A DNA stretch of 64,000 nt from an uncultured Gemmatimonadaceae bacterium. GTDB lineage: Bacteria; Gemmatimonadota; Gemmatimonadetes; Gemmatimonadales; GWC2-71-9. Made by a program: the position numbers and the translations under genes. Below, piece after piece: positions 51,256 through 60,915 of the stretch. Each line of letters begins with the position of its first letter. The first letter of the stretch is position 1. The notes beneath the pieces are model-generated. The model was not told the origin of the DNA. It saw nothing but the letters and a program-made list of their open reading frames with translations, and made no database searches. Where the stretch lies: contig CAYUYF010000016.1 of assembly GCA_964449145.1 (NCBI GenBank), positions 3,104 through 67,103 of the forward strand. Direction: 5' to 3'.

Positions 51256-51819
51256 ATGCACCGCCTGATCCCGGTATTCGCCATGGCCCTGGCTCTTGCC
51301 ACCCCGCTCCACGCCCAGGACGCCCCGGCGGCGTCCCTGGTCACGGGCCCCCAGGAGGGGGATCGAGCACCCGATTTTTCGCTGCCCTGGGCCTCCGCCG
51401 AGGGTGCGGGGGGCGCGCAGTGGTTCAGCCTCAGCGGCCACCGGGGCCGGGTGGTGGTGCTGGCGTTCTATCCAGCCGATTTCTCCTCCGGGTGCACGGC
51501 GGAGCTCCGGACGTTCTCCGAGCAGTACCCCGACCTGTTCGGCGACGGGGTGGTCGTAGCCGGAATCAGTACAGACTCGATTGAGACCCATGTCCGCTTT
51601 GCGCAGAGTCTCGGGCTCCCCTTCAGGCTGCTCAGCGACATGGACCAGCGCGTTTCGAGCGCGTGGGGCAGCGCCGGAGGCAACGGCAGAAACCGCCGGA
51701 CCGTGTTCGTGATAGACCCGCGTGGAAAAGTCTCGTATGTGGATCGCCGGTTTGGGGCCCTGGACCCGAAGGCCTACGAGCGCCTGAAGGAAGCGGTACA
51801 GGGAGCCAAGGGCCCGTAA
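51256..51819 (+). CDS. Exported peroxiredoxin (Bcp/PrxQ-like, single Cys)
   Basis: Signal peptide; GDRAPDFSLP, FYPADFSSGCTAE, GISTD, RTVFVID. Confidence 0.88.
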   Translation: MHRLIPVFAMALALATPLHAQDAPAASLVTGPQEGDRAPDFSLPWASAEGAGGAQWFSLSGHRGRVVVLAFYPADFSSGCTAELRTFSEQYPDLFGDGVVVAGISTDSIETHVRFAQSLGLPFRLLSDMDQRVSSAWGSAGGNGRNRRTVFVIDPRGKVSYVDRRFGALDPKAYERLKEAVQGAKGP

Positions 51820-51859
51820 GGGTCCTCTGAGGACGCCTACCCCAGCGGCTGGTGGGGCT

Positions 51860-52145
51860 GTATACACACTCTGTGCATAGAAAACCGCCTAGTGACGACA
51901 CTGTCGCTAGTCCTATTTTCAACATTGCTGGAGGCCTTTTTCCCATTGTGGGCTATGTGGTTAGCCAATTCAGTTAAAGTGGATAACCAGCTCCAGCTCT
52001 AGTTGCTTCACCAGCAACCGCTTCCCAGCAGCTTTCCACCGAAATCCCCATTCAACATGTGGAAAAAGTGCTCTCTCCACAGGCGTGGGATAGTCAGGCA
52101 CCGCTCCCGCGACAGCCTGCCCCATGCAAGTGTCAATGTGGAAAA
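51860..52145. other. AT-rich DnaA-box cluster, candidate replication origin (oriC)
   Basis: Perfect TGTGGAAAA at 52058-66 and 52137-45; one-mismatch boxes at 51860-68, 51872-80, 51916-24 and 51978-86; two-mismatch boxes at 51956-64, 52032-40 and 52073-81; about 48% GC by hand count over 51861-52080. Confidence 0.7.
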
Positions 52146-52203
52146 GCCACCCCCTTTCGTGACACGGTAACATATCAACGAGGCGGGCGACTGGATCAAG
52201 TCC

Positions 52204-53880
52204 GTGGCTGGCAGGCGGCCGCTGGCGGCAGCTGGGCCGCGGTTCGGCTCGCGGCAGGGTCGTGGGCTTTCTGGGGCCGGTCTCCGGGCTATTTTCCTCC
52301 TCGTGCTCCCCCCAGCTGCAGTCGGCCGAAGCGGGTTCCTCCGCGCCAAGCGGGTACTGTCACTTGCTGACGGCGTGGTGGGTGACGCCCTGTGGTGGCA
52401 GGACGGGGTGATCCGGCTGGTGGGCATGGCCCGGGAGATGGAGCGCCAGGTCCCCAGCCGGGTTCCCCGCATAGACCTGCCGCGAACCACCGTGACCCCG
52501 GGGATCGTGGATGGTCACACCCACTTCGGGCTGTGGGCGCTGGGCCAGACTCGGGTGAATCTGGTGGGCGCGGCCAGCCGCGCCGAGGCACTCAGCCGGA
52601 TCGCCGCCGGGACCCCGGAGCAGGGCTGGCTGCGCGGGCACGGCTGGGACGCCAATCGCTGGGAGGCTGTCCCGGATCGCTGGGCCCTCGATGGGGCCAG
52701 CGGCGCGTTTCCGGCGGCGTTCGACTCTGTGGACGTCCATGCCCTCTGGGCCAACTCGCTGGCCCTCCAGAAGGCCGGGATCACTCGCGAGAGCCCCGAC
52801 CTGCCCGGTGGCAGGATCGTCCGGGACGCCAGCGGTGAACCGACCGGGCTCCTGCTGGAACATGCCGCCGATCCGGTGCGGGCCATCCTGCCGGTCCCCG
52901 AGGCTGGCCGGATGCTGGCCGCCATCGAAAGCGCTCAGCGTGCGGCCCACCGGCTGGGGATCGTCGGCATTCACGACATCGAGGGGCCGGAGGTCCTGGG
53001 GGCCTTCCGACGGCTGGAGGAGGAGGAACGGCTCCGGCTCCGGGTGTTGTTTCATCCACCGGTGGCGCAGCTGGACGACCTGCTGGCGGCCGGGGTCCGG
53101 AGCTCGGCTGGCACTCCCTGGCTGACCCTGGGTGGGGTGAAGCTGTTTTTCGACGGAACCCTCGGCAGCCGGACCGCGTGGATGCTGGAGCCCTACGAGG
53201 ACGGCGCGGATCGCGGCATGCCGCTTACGGCTCCTGAGGTTGCCCGCGAGGCGGTCCAGCGCGCCGCCGCGGGGGGGATCGCGCTGGTCATCCACGCCAT
53301 CGGTGATGCGGCCGTGCGGCGGGCCCTCGACCTGCTGGCCGAGGCGCCTCGCGCGGCCTTGCCGCACCGGATCGAGCACCTGCAGTGTGTGCACCCCGGG
53401 GACCTGGGCCGGCTCGCGGATCTGGGGATCGTCGCTTCCGTGCAGCCGTCCCATCTTCCGGGAGATGCGGCGGTGGCAGAGGAGCGGTGGGGCGGACGGG
53501 CTCGGGGGGCGTATCCATTTCGCAGCTTGGAGGAGCGGGGCACCGTGCTGGCCTTCGGCAGCGACGCGCCGGTTACGCATCTCGATCCCAGGCTCGGTCT
53601 CGCCGCGGCGATGGACCGTCCGGCGTCTCTTGGTGGCGAGGGCGGCCCGTGGAATCCGGAGGAGCGGCTGAGTTTCGAGTCGGCGCTCAGGGGCTTTACC
53701 GTGGGGAATGCGGCGGCGGCTGGCCTGGGAGACCGGCGGGGACGGGTAGCGCCGGGGTTCGACGCCGACTTCGTCGCGTGGGAGATGGATGCCGCCGTCG
53801 AGCACGGCGTCGGCTCCGCCATGCGGGACGCCAGAGTCCGGATGACCGTCGTGGACGGCCAGATCGTCTGGATGCAGTAG
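52204..53880 (+). CDS. Amidohydrolase family 3 (YtcJ-like) metallo-hydrolase; start uncertain
   Basis: PGIVDGHTH, VDVHALWANS, GVKLFFDG, HAIGD, RIEH, AFGSDAP. Confidence 0.88.
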   Translation: MAGRRPLAAAGPRFGSRQGRGLSGAGLRAIFLLVLPPAAVGRSGFLRAKRVLSLADGVVGDALWWQDGVIRLVGMAREMERQVPSRVPRIDLPRTTVTPGIVDGHTHFGLWALGQTRVNLVGAASRAEALSRIAAGTPEQGWLRGHGWDANRWEAVPDRWALDGASGAFPAAFDSVDVHALWANSLALQKAGITRESPDLPGGRIVRDASGEPTGLLLEHAADPVRAILPVPEAGRMLAAIESAQRAAHRLGIVGIHDIEGPEVLGAFRRLEEEERLRLRVLFHPPVAQLDDLLAAGVRSSAGTPWLTLGGVKLFFDGTLGSRTAWMLEPYEDGADRGMPLTAPEVAREAVQRAAAGGIALVIHAIGDAAVRRALDLLAEAPRAALPHRIEHLQCVHPGDLGRLADLGIVASVQPSHLPGDAAVAEERWGGRARGAYPFRSLEERGTVLAFGSDAPVTHLDPRLGLAAAMDRPASLGGEGGPWNPEERLSFESALRGFTVGNAAAAGLGDRRGRVAPGFDADFVAWEMDAAVEHGVGSAMRDARVRMTVVDGQIVWMQ

Positions 53881-53981
53881 GGCGCCGCGACCCCCTGCGC
53901 CGGGGATCCGCGCCCTGTCCGGTCGTGCCAGGTCCGATTAGACTCCCCCATCCTTCCAGTTGCCTTTCACACGAGGAGTCC

Positions 53982-55445
53982 GTGCCACTCGCCTCCATCC
54001 GCCGCACCAAGATTGTCGCCACACTCGGTCCCGCCTGGAGTCGGCCGGATCAGATGCATCAGCTCTTCGATGACGGCGTCAATGTCGTGCGCGTCAACTC
54101 CTCGCACGGCACTCCGGAGGTCCGGGGCGAGTGGATCAAGGCGGTCCATACGGTGCGGGCGGAACGCCGGGATGCCATCGGCCTCCTGCTGGACCTGCAG
54201 GGGCCGCGCATCCGGGTCGGCATGCTGCCCACGCCCATCCGGCTGGTCCCCGGCTCGGAGGTGGTGTTCGCCCCGGAGCACCTGGCCACCGCCGGAGAAA
54301 TCCCCACGACCTACGACGATCTGGCGCTGGACGTCCGTCCCGAGGCCCGGATACTGCTCGATGACGGGCTGCTGGCCGTGCGGGTCAAGGAGGTTCGTGG
54401 CGACCGGGTGGCGGGCATCGTGGAATACGGCGGCGAACTGAAGTCGAACAAGGGGATGAATCTCCCGGGCATCGACGTCAGCGCCCCAGCCCTGACCGAC
54501 AAGGACCGCGAAGACGTGGTCCAGGCGGTGGAACTCGGGGTGGATTACATCGCGCTGTCGTTCGTGCGGAGGGCGGCCGATGTCGAACAGCTCCGGCGCC
54601 TGGTGCCCCGCCACATCAAGCTGGTCGCCAAGATCGAGAAGGACACCGCCTTGCGGGACCTGTGCGGGATTCTCGAGGTGTCCGACGCCATCATGGTGGC
54701 ACGGGGTGACCTCGGCGTGGAGCTGCCATTCGAGGAGGTGCCGCTGGTCCAGAAGCGCATCATCCGGGAGGCCAACCTCCACGGCAAGCCGGTGATCACG
54801 GCGACCCAGATGCTGGAATCCATGGTCCACGCGCCGGTGCCGACCCGCGCCGAGGCGTCGGATGTGGCCAATGCGATCCTCGACGGGACCGACGCCGTGA
54901 TGCTCTCGGCCGAGACGGCCGTGGGGGAGTACCCCCGTGAGGCGGTGCAGGCGATGGACCGCATTGCGCGAGAGATGGAGTCCCATCGCCAGGGCCGCAG
55001 TCCCGCCTTCGACGCGGCGGTGGGGCGCCGCACGCCGGACACCGAGACCGACAAGCATTCCCGTCCCGGCGGGGACACGCCCGCCCGGACGGAAGATGCC
55101 ATTGCGGTGGCGGTTTGCGCCGCGAGCGAACTGCTCCGCGTGCCCATCATTCTGTGTTTCACCAGCAGCGGCTTCACCGCCCGCAAGGTGGCCACCTATC
55201 GCCCCATCGTGCCCATCGTGGCGGCCACGCCGGAGCCGGAGACCTACCGGCAGCTGTCCCTGGTCTGGGGGGTGCTGCCGATCCAGACCCAGCACGCCGA
55301 CGATTACGACAACCTCCTGAGCCAGGCCCGGCAGCAGGTGCTGGAGCGTGGCTTCGCCCGGGCCGGCGAGCGGGTCGTGGTGACGGCCGGCGTGCCGTTC
55401 GACGTGCCCGGCACCACCAATCTGCTGAAGATCGAGGCGGTGTGA
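53982..55445 (+). CDS. pyk: Pyruvate kinase
   Basis: RRTKIVATLGPA, DLQGPRIR, AKIE, IMVARGDLGVE, ATQMLESM, PTRAEASDVANA; GAGGAG RBS before GTG 53982. Confidence 0.97.
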   Translation: MPLASIRRTKIVATLGPAWSRPDQMHQLFDDGVNVVRVNSSHGTPEVRGEWIKAVHTVRAERRDAIGLLLDLQGPRIRVGMLPTPIRLVPGSEVVFAPEHLATAGEIPTTYDDLALDVRPEARILLDDGLLAVRVKEVRGDRVAGIVEYGGELKSNKGMNLPGIDVSAPALTDKDREDVVQAVELGVDYIALSFVRRAADVEQLRRLVPRHIKLVAKIEKDTALRDLCGILEVSDAIMVARGDLGVELPFEEVPLVQKRIIREANLHGKPVITATQMLESMVHAPVPTRAEASDVANAILDGTDAVMLSAETAVGEYPREAVQAMDRIAREMESHRQGRSPAFDAAVGRRTPDTETDKHSRPGGDTPARTEDAIAVAVCAASELLRVPIILCFTSSGFTARKVATYRPIVPIVAATPEPETYRQLSLVWGVLPIQTQHADDYDNLLSQARQQVLERGFARAGERVVVTAGVPFDVPGTTNLLKIEAV

Positions 55446-55541
55446 GGTGGGACCGGGTGCCACCCGTTCAGCGGTCGGCTGGTCGCGGTCAGCCATCCGA
55501 CTCCGATAGCTGATCGCCGCGAGCCGACAGGGCTTTCCGTC

Positions 55542-56321
55542 ATGCGTCTCACCTTTCTCGGCACCGGCACCTCTTTCGGCGTCCCGCAGGTCGGGTGCGA
55601 CTGCCCCGTCTGCCGCTCCACCGACCCGAGGGACCGCCGCTCCCGCTCGGGGGCGGTGCTGCAGGAGGCGGACCGGACGGTCCTGATCGACACCCCGCCG
55701 GAGCTCCGGCTGCAGCTCCTGGCCGCCGATGTGCGACACGTGGACGCGGTCCTGTACACCCACGAGCACGCCGATCATCTCAACGGCATCGACGACCTGC
55801 GGGTGTTTTCGGTGCGGGCGCGCAAGCCGCTCCCGTGCTACGGGCCGGCCGAGACCCTGCAACGGGTGCGCGAGGGGTTCCGCTACATCTTCGACGACGA
55901 AGTGCGGGCGTTCGAGGGCACCTCCAAGCCCAAGCTCGAACTGCACCCGCTGGAGCCTGGCGTGCCTACCGCGGTGGTCGGCCTGCCGGTGCTGCCGCTG
56001 GCGTTCGATCACGGGTTTCTCCGGGTCTTCGGCTACCGGTTCGGGCCGATCGCGTACATCACCGACGTCAAGTCGGTGCCGGAGCCGGTGCGGGCGCGGC
56101 TGCAGGGACTCAAACTGCTGGTGCTCAATGCGCTGTGGTGGCGCAGCCATCCGACGCACTTGTCCATCGGCGAAGCGATCGAGACGGCGCAAGCCATCGG
56201 GGCGGAGCGAACCTACCTGACCCATCTGACTCACGAGACCGGCCACGCCGAACTGGCGGCCCAGCTGCCGCCCGGCATCTTTCCCGCCTACGACGGGCTC
56301 TCCATTGAGGTGATGTCATGA
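55542..56321 (+). CDS. MBL-fold metallo-hydrolase (PhnP-like)
   Basis: FLGTGTSFGVP..CDCPVC, HEHADH, AYITD, LTHLTH, AYDGL. Confidence 0.9.
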   Translation: MRLTFLGTGTSFGVPQVGCDCPVCRSTDPRDRRSRSGAVLQEADRTVLIDTPPELRLQLLAADVRHVDAVLYTHEHADHLNGIDDLRVFSVRARKPLPCYGPAETLQRVREGFRYIFDDEVRAFEGTSKPKLELHPLEPGVPTAVVGLPVLPLAFDHGFLRVFGYRFGPIAYITDVKSVPEPVRARLQGLKLLVLNALWWRSHPTHLSIGEAIETAQAIGAERTYLTHLTHETGHAELAAQLPPGIFPAYDGLSIEVMS

Positions 56322-57694
56322 AGCTGTATTACGGGCGGATGCTCTCCGACCGCCTGGGGGATGAGCGGGGGCTGCCCCGGGCCCGCCTGGCCGACCTGAG
56401 CCGCCGCTTCGGCGATGTGCAGGCCGAGGTCCGCCGTCGCCGGGCGGCCGGCGAGTACGGCTTCTACGGTCTGGGCGATCAGGCCCCGGCCGTCCAGGCG
56501 ATCCGCCAGTTTGCCGAGGGGCTCGGTCAGGCCTTCGACCATATCCTGGTGCTGGGCATCGGCGGCTCCGCGCTCGGCACCCGGGCCCTGTTGAGTGCCC
56601 TGAAGCGTCCGGCGTGGAATGAGCTGGACGATGAAGGCCGGGAGTTCTTTCCCCGCCTGACCGTGCTCGACAACGTGGATCCCACCAGCGTGGCCGAGGC
56701 GCTCCGGCGCATCGACCCGCGGCGGGTGCTGGTCAACGTCATCAGCAAGTCCGGCGGGACCGCGGAGACCATGGCCCAGTATCTCGTGGTGCGGCAATGG
56801 CTCGAGGACGCCCTCGGCCCGAAGGCCACCCGCCACCTGGTGTTCACCACCGACCCCACCAAGGGCGCGCTGCGCGAGATGGCCCAGCGCGAGGGCATCG
56901 CCGCGCTGGAGGTTCCCCCCTCGGTCGGCGGCCGCTTCAGCGTGCTCTCCCCGGTGGGCCTCCTCCCGGCCGCGCTGGTCGGCATCGACATCGAGGGGCT
57001 GCTCGCCGGGGCCCGCCGGGCGCTGGTGCGCGCCGAATCGGACGACCTCCTCCAGAACCCGGCGGCGCTCTACGCTGCGCTGCACTGGGCGGCGGACGCA
57101 TCGCTGGGCGCCCGGATTCACGTGCTCATGGCGTACACCGACCGGCTCAAGGACTTCACCGACTGGTATCGCCAGCTGTGGGCGGAAAGCCTCGGCAAGG
57201 CCCGGGATCGCCGCGGCCAGGAGGTGCACCTCGGCCCGACACCGGTCGGTGCAGTCGGCGCCACCGACCAGCACAGCCAGGTGCAGCTCTTCATGGAAGG
57301 CCCGTACGACAAGGTCATCACTTTCCTGGGGCTGGAGCGCTTTCCCGAAGACGTGAACATCCCGGTGGCCGCCAGTGCACCCGCAGACCTGGCCTATCTT
57401 GGAGGCCACACGCTGGCCGGGCTCTTGCAGGCGGAGTACCAGGCGACTGCGGCCGCCCTTGCCCGCATGGGCCGGATGAACTGCTCCGTGCAACTCGAGG
57501 ACCTCTCCGCGTCGTCGCTGGGCGAAGCCATCATGTTCTTCCAGCTGGCGACCGGTTATGCCGGCGTCTGGTACGGGGTTGATCCCTTCGACCAGCCCGG
57601 CGTGGAACTCGGCAAGCAGCTCACCTATGCCGCCATGGGGCGGCCCGGGTATGCCGCCGAGCCGATCGAACTTCCCCCGGGGGACGAGGTCTGA
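56318..57694 (+). CDS. pgi: Glucose-6-phosphate isomerase
   Basis: LGIGGSALG, SKSGGTAET, VGGRFSV, QLWAESLGK, DQHSQVQL, PFDQPGVELGK. Confidence 0.96.
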   Translation: MKLYYGRMLSDRLGDERGLPRARLADLSRRFGDVQAEVRRRRAAGEYGFYGLGDQAPAVQAIRQFAEGLGQAFDHILVLGIGGSALGTRALLSALKRPAWNELDDEGREFFPRLTVLDNVDPTSVAEALRRIDPRRVLVNVISKSGGTAETMAQYLVVRQWLEDALGPKATRHLVFTTDPTKGALREMAQREGIAALEVPPSVGGRFSVLSPVGLLPAALVGIDIEGLLAGARRALVRAESDDLLQNPAALYAALHWAADASLGARIHVLMAYTDRLKDFTDWYRQLWAESLGKARDRRGQEVHLGPTPVGAVGATDQHSQVQLFMEGPYDKVITFLGLERFPEDVNIPVAASAPADLAYLGGHTLAGLLQAEYQATAAALARMGRMNCSVQLEDLSASSLGEAIMFFQLATGYAGVWYGVDPFDQPGVELGKQLTYAAMGRPGYAAEPIELPPGDEV

Positions 57695-57730
57695 GCCCCG
57701 GCTCACGCGCTCTCACCTGCTGAGGCTTGT

Positions 57731-59431
57731 ATGCGTGCATCGCACTGGTCCGTGTTCCTCGTTTCGGCGCTCTGCCTGGTGGCGGCCCCGCTGCAGGCGC
57801 AGGCGGTACTCCGTTCCGGCGTCACCGCCCGCGGCGAGCTGAGGTCCGGTGACCTCAAGCTCGATGACGACACCTACGCGGACCTGTGGCGCTTCACCGG
57901 GACCGCCGGCGAGGCCGTCACGGTCACGCTGCGCTCCCGCGATTTCGACACCTACCTCGTCGTGGGCTACTTCGACGAGGCGGGGGACTTCAAGAACCTC
58001 CAGAGCGATGACGACGGCGCCGGCGGCACTGACAGCCGGGTGACCCTGCGGCTGCCCCGCGGCGGCGAGTTCATCGCCCGCGCCAACACCCTGAGCAAGG
58101 GGGAAACCGGCGCCTACACCCTGGATCTGGCGCCGGCCTCGGAGCCGGTCCCCACCGTGGCAAGCAAGTCGCTGGGCAGTTACGCCGAAATCGCCATCGG
58201 CCAGGTCGTGCGGGGCGCGCTGGCAAGCGGTGACGAGAAGCTGGCGGACGACTCCTATGCCGACACCTATCGTTTCACCGGTACGGCCGGGCTGCGCGTG
58301 ACCATCACCCTGAAGTCCTCGGACTTCGATGCCTACCTCTCCGTGGGCCGCGCGCAGGACGGTCGGTTCACCGAGATCGAATCCGATGACGACGGAGGGG
58401 ACGGCACCGACGCCCAGCTGGAACTGGCATTGCCCGGCACGGGCGAGTACCTGGTTCGCGCCAACACCCTCATGGAAGGGGAGACCGGGGCCTACGAGCT
58501 CCAGGTGCAGGTGGCGGGCGGCGGTGAGAGCCGGGCCCTGAGTGCCGGCGACCCGCTGGTGTCGGTCCAGCCGGGCGCGCGGATGCCGCTGGTGCTGGGG
58601 CAGACGCTGCGCGGCACCCTCGAGACGGGAGACGAGAAGCTCTCCGACGACAGCTACGCCGACATCTGGGTCTACCAGGGCCGCAGGGGCGAGACCCTCA
58701 CCATGGTCCAGCGGTCCACGGCTCACGACGCCTATCTCACGGCGGGGCCCGTGAGCAACGGTCGCTGGGTCTGGAGCGAGAGCAACAACAACGATGCCGG
58801 CGGCACCGATGCCAGACTGGTCGTGACACTCAAGGCCGATGGCGAATACTGGGTGCGGCCCAATGCGCTCAACAAGGGCCTCGGGGCCTACACGCTCTTC
58901 GTGACCAGCGACCTGAGCCCGGCGGCGCCGGTTGCCAGCGTCTCACCCCGGCCCCCGGCCGGGCAGCCCCAGCCGTCCATGCCCTCCGCCGGGCCACTGC
59001 AGCAGGGCATCACACCGGGCGCGAGCAACGCCGGTGGCGGGCCCACCCCCCGGCCCAGCCAGCCGGCCACCACGGCCGCAGCGGGTGCACGGGTGCCGAT
59101 CCAGGTTGGGCAGACCGTTCGGGGCGAGCTCACCGCGGCGGACGAGTTCAACTTCGACTCGACCTACGTGGACACCTATGTCTTCCGGGGCAGCCGAGGC
59201 CAGCGCGTGGACATCATCATGATGTCGCCCGCCTTCGGCAGTTACGTGCTGTTCGGGCGCGCGCCAGCACCGGGGGTGACGTTCTCCTCCATCGAGACCA
59301 AGGGCGCCAGCAGAGGCGCCGAGGCGCGCATGTCGGTGACCGTGCCGGATGACGGCGAATACTGGGTCCGGGCCAACTCGTTCGGAAAGGTGACCGGTTC
59401 GTACGTGCTGTCGGTGGAGTCCAGCCGCTAG
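57731..59431 (+). CDS. Exported protein with four PPC (pre-peptidase C-terminal)-like repeats and no catalytic domain
   Basis: Signal peptide; four repeats Y[AV]D.[WY].F.G..G..V...S..[FH]D.YL...[DN]DD/NN.G.GTD..L..LP..GEY.VRAN; Pro/Ala/Gly linker before repeat 4. Confidence 0.8.
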   Translation: MRASHWSVFLVSALCLVAAPLQAQAVLRSGVTARGELRSGDLKLDDDTYADLWRFTGTAGEAVTVTLRSRDFDTYLVVGYFDEAGDFKNLQSDDDGAGGTDSRVTLRLPRGGEFIARANTLSKGETGAYTLDLAPASEPVPTVASKSLGSYAEIAIGQVVRGALASGDEKLADDSYADTYRFTGTAGLRVTITLKSSDFDAYLSVGRAQDGRFTEIESDDDGGDGTDAQLELALPGTGEYLVRANTLMEGETGAYELQVQVAGGGESRALSAGDPLVSVQPGARMPLVLGQTLRGTLETGDEKLSDDSYADIWVYQGRRGETLTMVQRSTAHDAYLTAGPVSNGRWVWSESNNNDAGGTDARLVVTLKADGEYWVRPNALNKGLGAYTLFVTSDLSPAAPVASVSPRPPAGQPQPSMPSAGPLQQGITPGASNAGGGPTPRPSQPATTAAAGARVPIQVGQTVRGELTAADEFNFDSTYVDTYVFRGSRGQRVDIIMMSPAFGSYVLFGRAPAPGVTFSSIETKGASRGAEARMSVTVPDDGEYWVRANSFGKVTGSYVLSVESSR

Positions 59432-59497
59432 CCAGCGAGCGGCGGGTTCCGTAGATTACCAGTACGGTTTGTGTAACTCATACAAGGACAGTCACTT

Positions 59498-60913
59498 ATG
59501 GCCGATCACCGCGCTTCGCTCATCGCCCTCTACGGTGGCGCCGTCAAGCAGGATGCCGACCGGGTGCAGGTGCTGGATGCCGCGAAGCTCAAGTCCGAGG
59601 CCACCGATCGCGTCGTGTGGCAGGCCGTGTTCGGGGCGGGCCGCGAGCGGGAGGCGGCCCGCTGGCTCCTGTGGGAGATGGGGCAGGCGGTGGGAGTCCG
59701 GCCCTCGTCCATCGGGCCGATCTACTTCGCTCGCGGTCGGGGGGAGTGTGGCGGGTTCACGGTACCCGCGATCAACGTCCGAATGATGGCCTACGACACC
59801 GCCCGGGCCATCTTCCGGGCGGCGCTGGCCCACAAGGGCGGCGCCATCCTGCTCGAGATCGCCCGGTCGGAAATCGCCTACACCGACCAGCGGCCGGCAG
59901 AATACGTCGCCGTGATGATCGGCGCCGCGCTCCGGGAGGGGTGGACCCTGCCGATCTTCATCCAGGGCGATCACTGCCAGGTCAACGCCAAGAAGTACCA
60001 GGCGGACCCCAAGGGAGAGGTCGAGGAGGTCAAGAAGCTCATCGCCGAGGAGGTCGGCGCCGGTTTCTACAACATTGACGTGGACACCTCCACCCTGGTG
60101 GACCTCTCCAAGGCCACGCTGCTGGAGCAGCAGCGGCTCAACTTCGAGCACGCGGCCGAGATCACCGCGTTCATCCGCGAGATCGAGCCGGACGGCATCT
60201 CGGTCTCGGTCGGCGCGGAGATCGGCGAGGTGGGCCACAAGAACAGCACCGTGGAAGAACTACGGGCCTTCATGGAGGGGTACACCGCCGCCATCCGCCG
60301 GGTGGGAGACATCGAAGGCATCTCCAAGATTTCGGTGCAGACCGGGACCAGCCACGGCGGCGTGGTCATGCCCGACGGCAGCATCGCCAAGGTCAAGCTG
60401 GACCTCGACGCGCTGGCCGCCCTCTCCAAGGCGGCCCGGGACGAGTATGGGATGTCCGGGGCGGTGCAGCACGGCGCCAGCACCCTGCCGGCGGACGCAT
60501 TCGGCAACTTTGCCCGGCTGGAGACGGCCGAGATCCACCTGGCCACCAACTTCCAGAGCATCGTCTTTGATCATCCCGCCCTGCCGGAGGCGCTCCGCAA
60601 GGAGATGTACGACTGGCTGGATGCCAACGCCGAGAGCGAGCGCAAGGCCGGGGACACCCCGGAGCAGTTCTACTACAAGGCGCGCAAGAAGGCGATCGGC
60701 CCGTTCAAGCAGCGGGTCTGGGGCCTACCGGCGGCCACGCGGGCAGAAATCGCAGCGGAGCTGGAGAAGACCTTCGGTTTCCTGTTCGACCAGCTCAAGG
60801 TGAACGGCACCGCCGACCTGGTGCGCCGGTTCGTCACGGCGCCCTACCAGGGCCACGGGACGCTCAAGCGGGCGCTCGTCACTGCGGTGGACGACGCCGA
60901 GGCGGGGGAATAG
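59498..60913 (+). CDS. Class II fructose-bisphosphate aldolase family protein (long form)
   Basis: TVPAIN, QGDH, AEIGEVG, TGTSHGG, AVQHGAS; sits in the pyk/pgi cluster. Confidence 0.85.
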   Translation: MADHRASLIALYGGAVKQDADRVQVLDAAKLKSEATDRVVWQAVFGAGREREAARWLLWEMGQAVGVRPSSIGPIYFARGRGECGGFTVPAINVRMMAYDTARAIFRAALAHKGGAILLEIARSEIAYTDQRPAEYVAVMIGAALREGWTLPIFIQGDHCQVNAKKYQADPKGEVEEVKKLIAEEVGAGFYNIDVDTSTLVDLSKATLLEQQRLNFEHAAEITAFIREIEPDGISVSVGAEIGEVGHKNSTVEELRAFMEGYTAAIRRVGDIEGISKISVQTGTSHGGVVMPDGSIAKVKLDLDALAALSKAARDEYGMSGAVQHGASTLPADAFGNFARLETAEIHLATNFQSIVFDHPALPEALRKEMYDWLDANAESERKAGDTPEQFYYKARKKAIGPFKQRVWGLPAATRAEIAAELEKTFGFLFDQLKVNGTADLVRRFVTAPYQGHGTLKRALVTAVDDAEAGE

Positions 60914-60915
60914 CC

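Noticed and set aside
51880-51930. DnaA-trio / DUE element within the candidate oriC
   Set aside because: No clear run of TAN trinucleotides next to a box; only a short TATTTTC AT stretch and a CGACA-C-TGTCG dyad.
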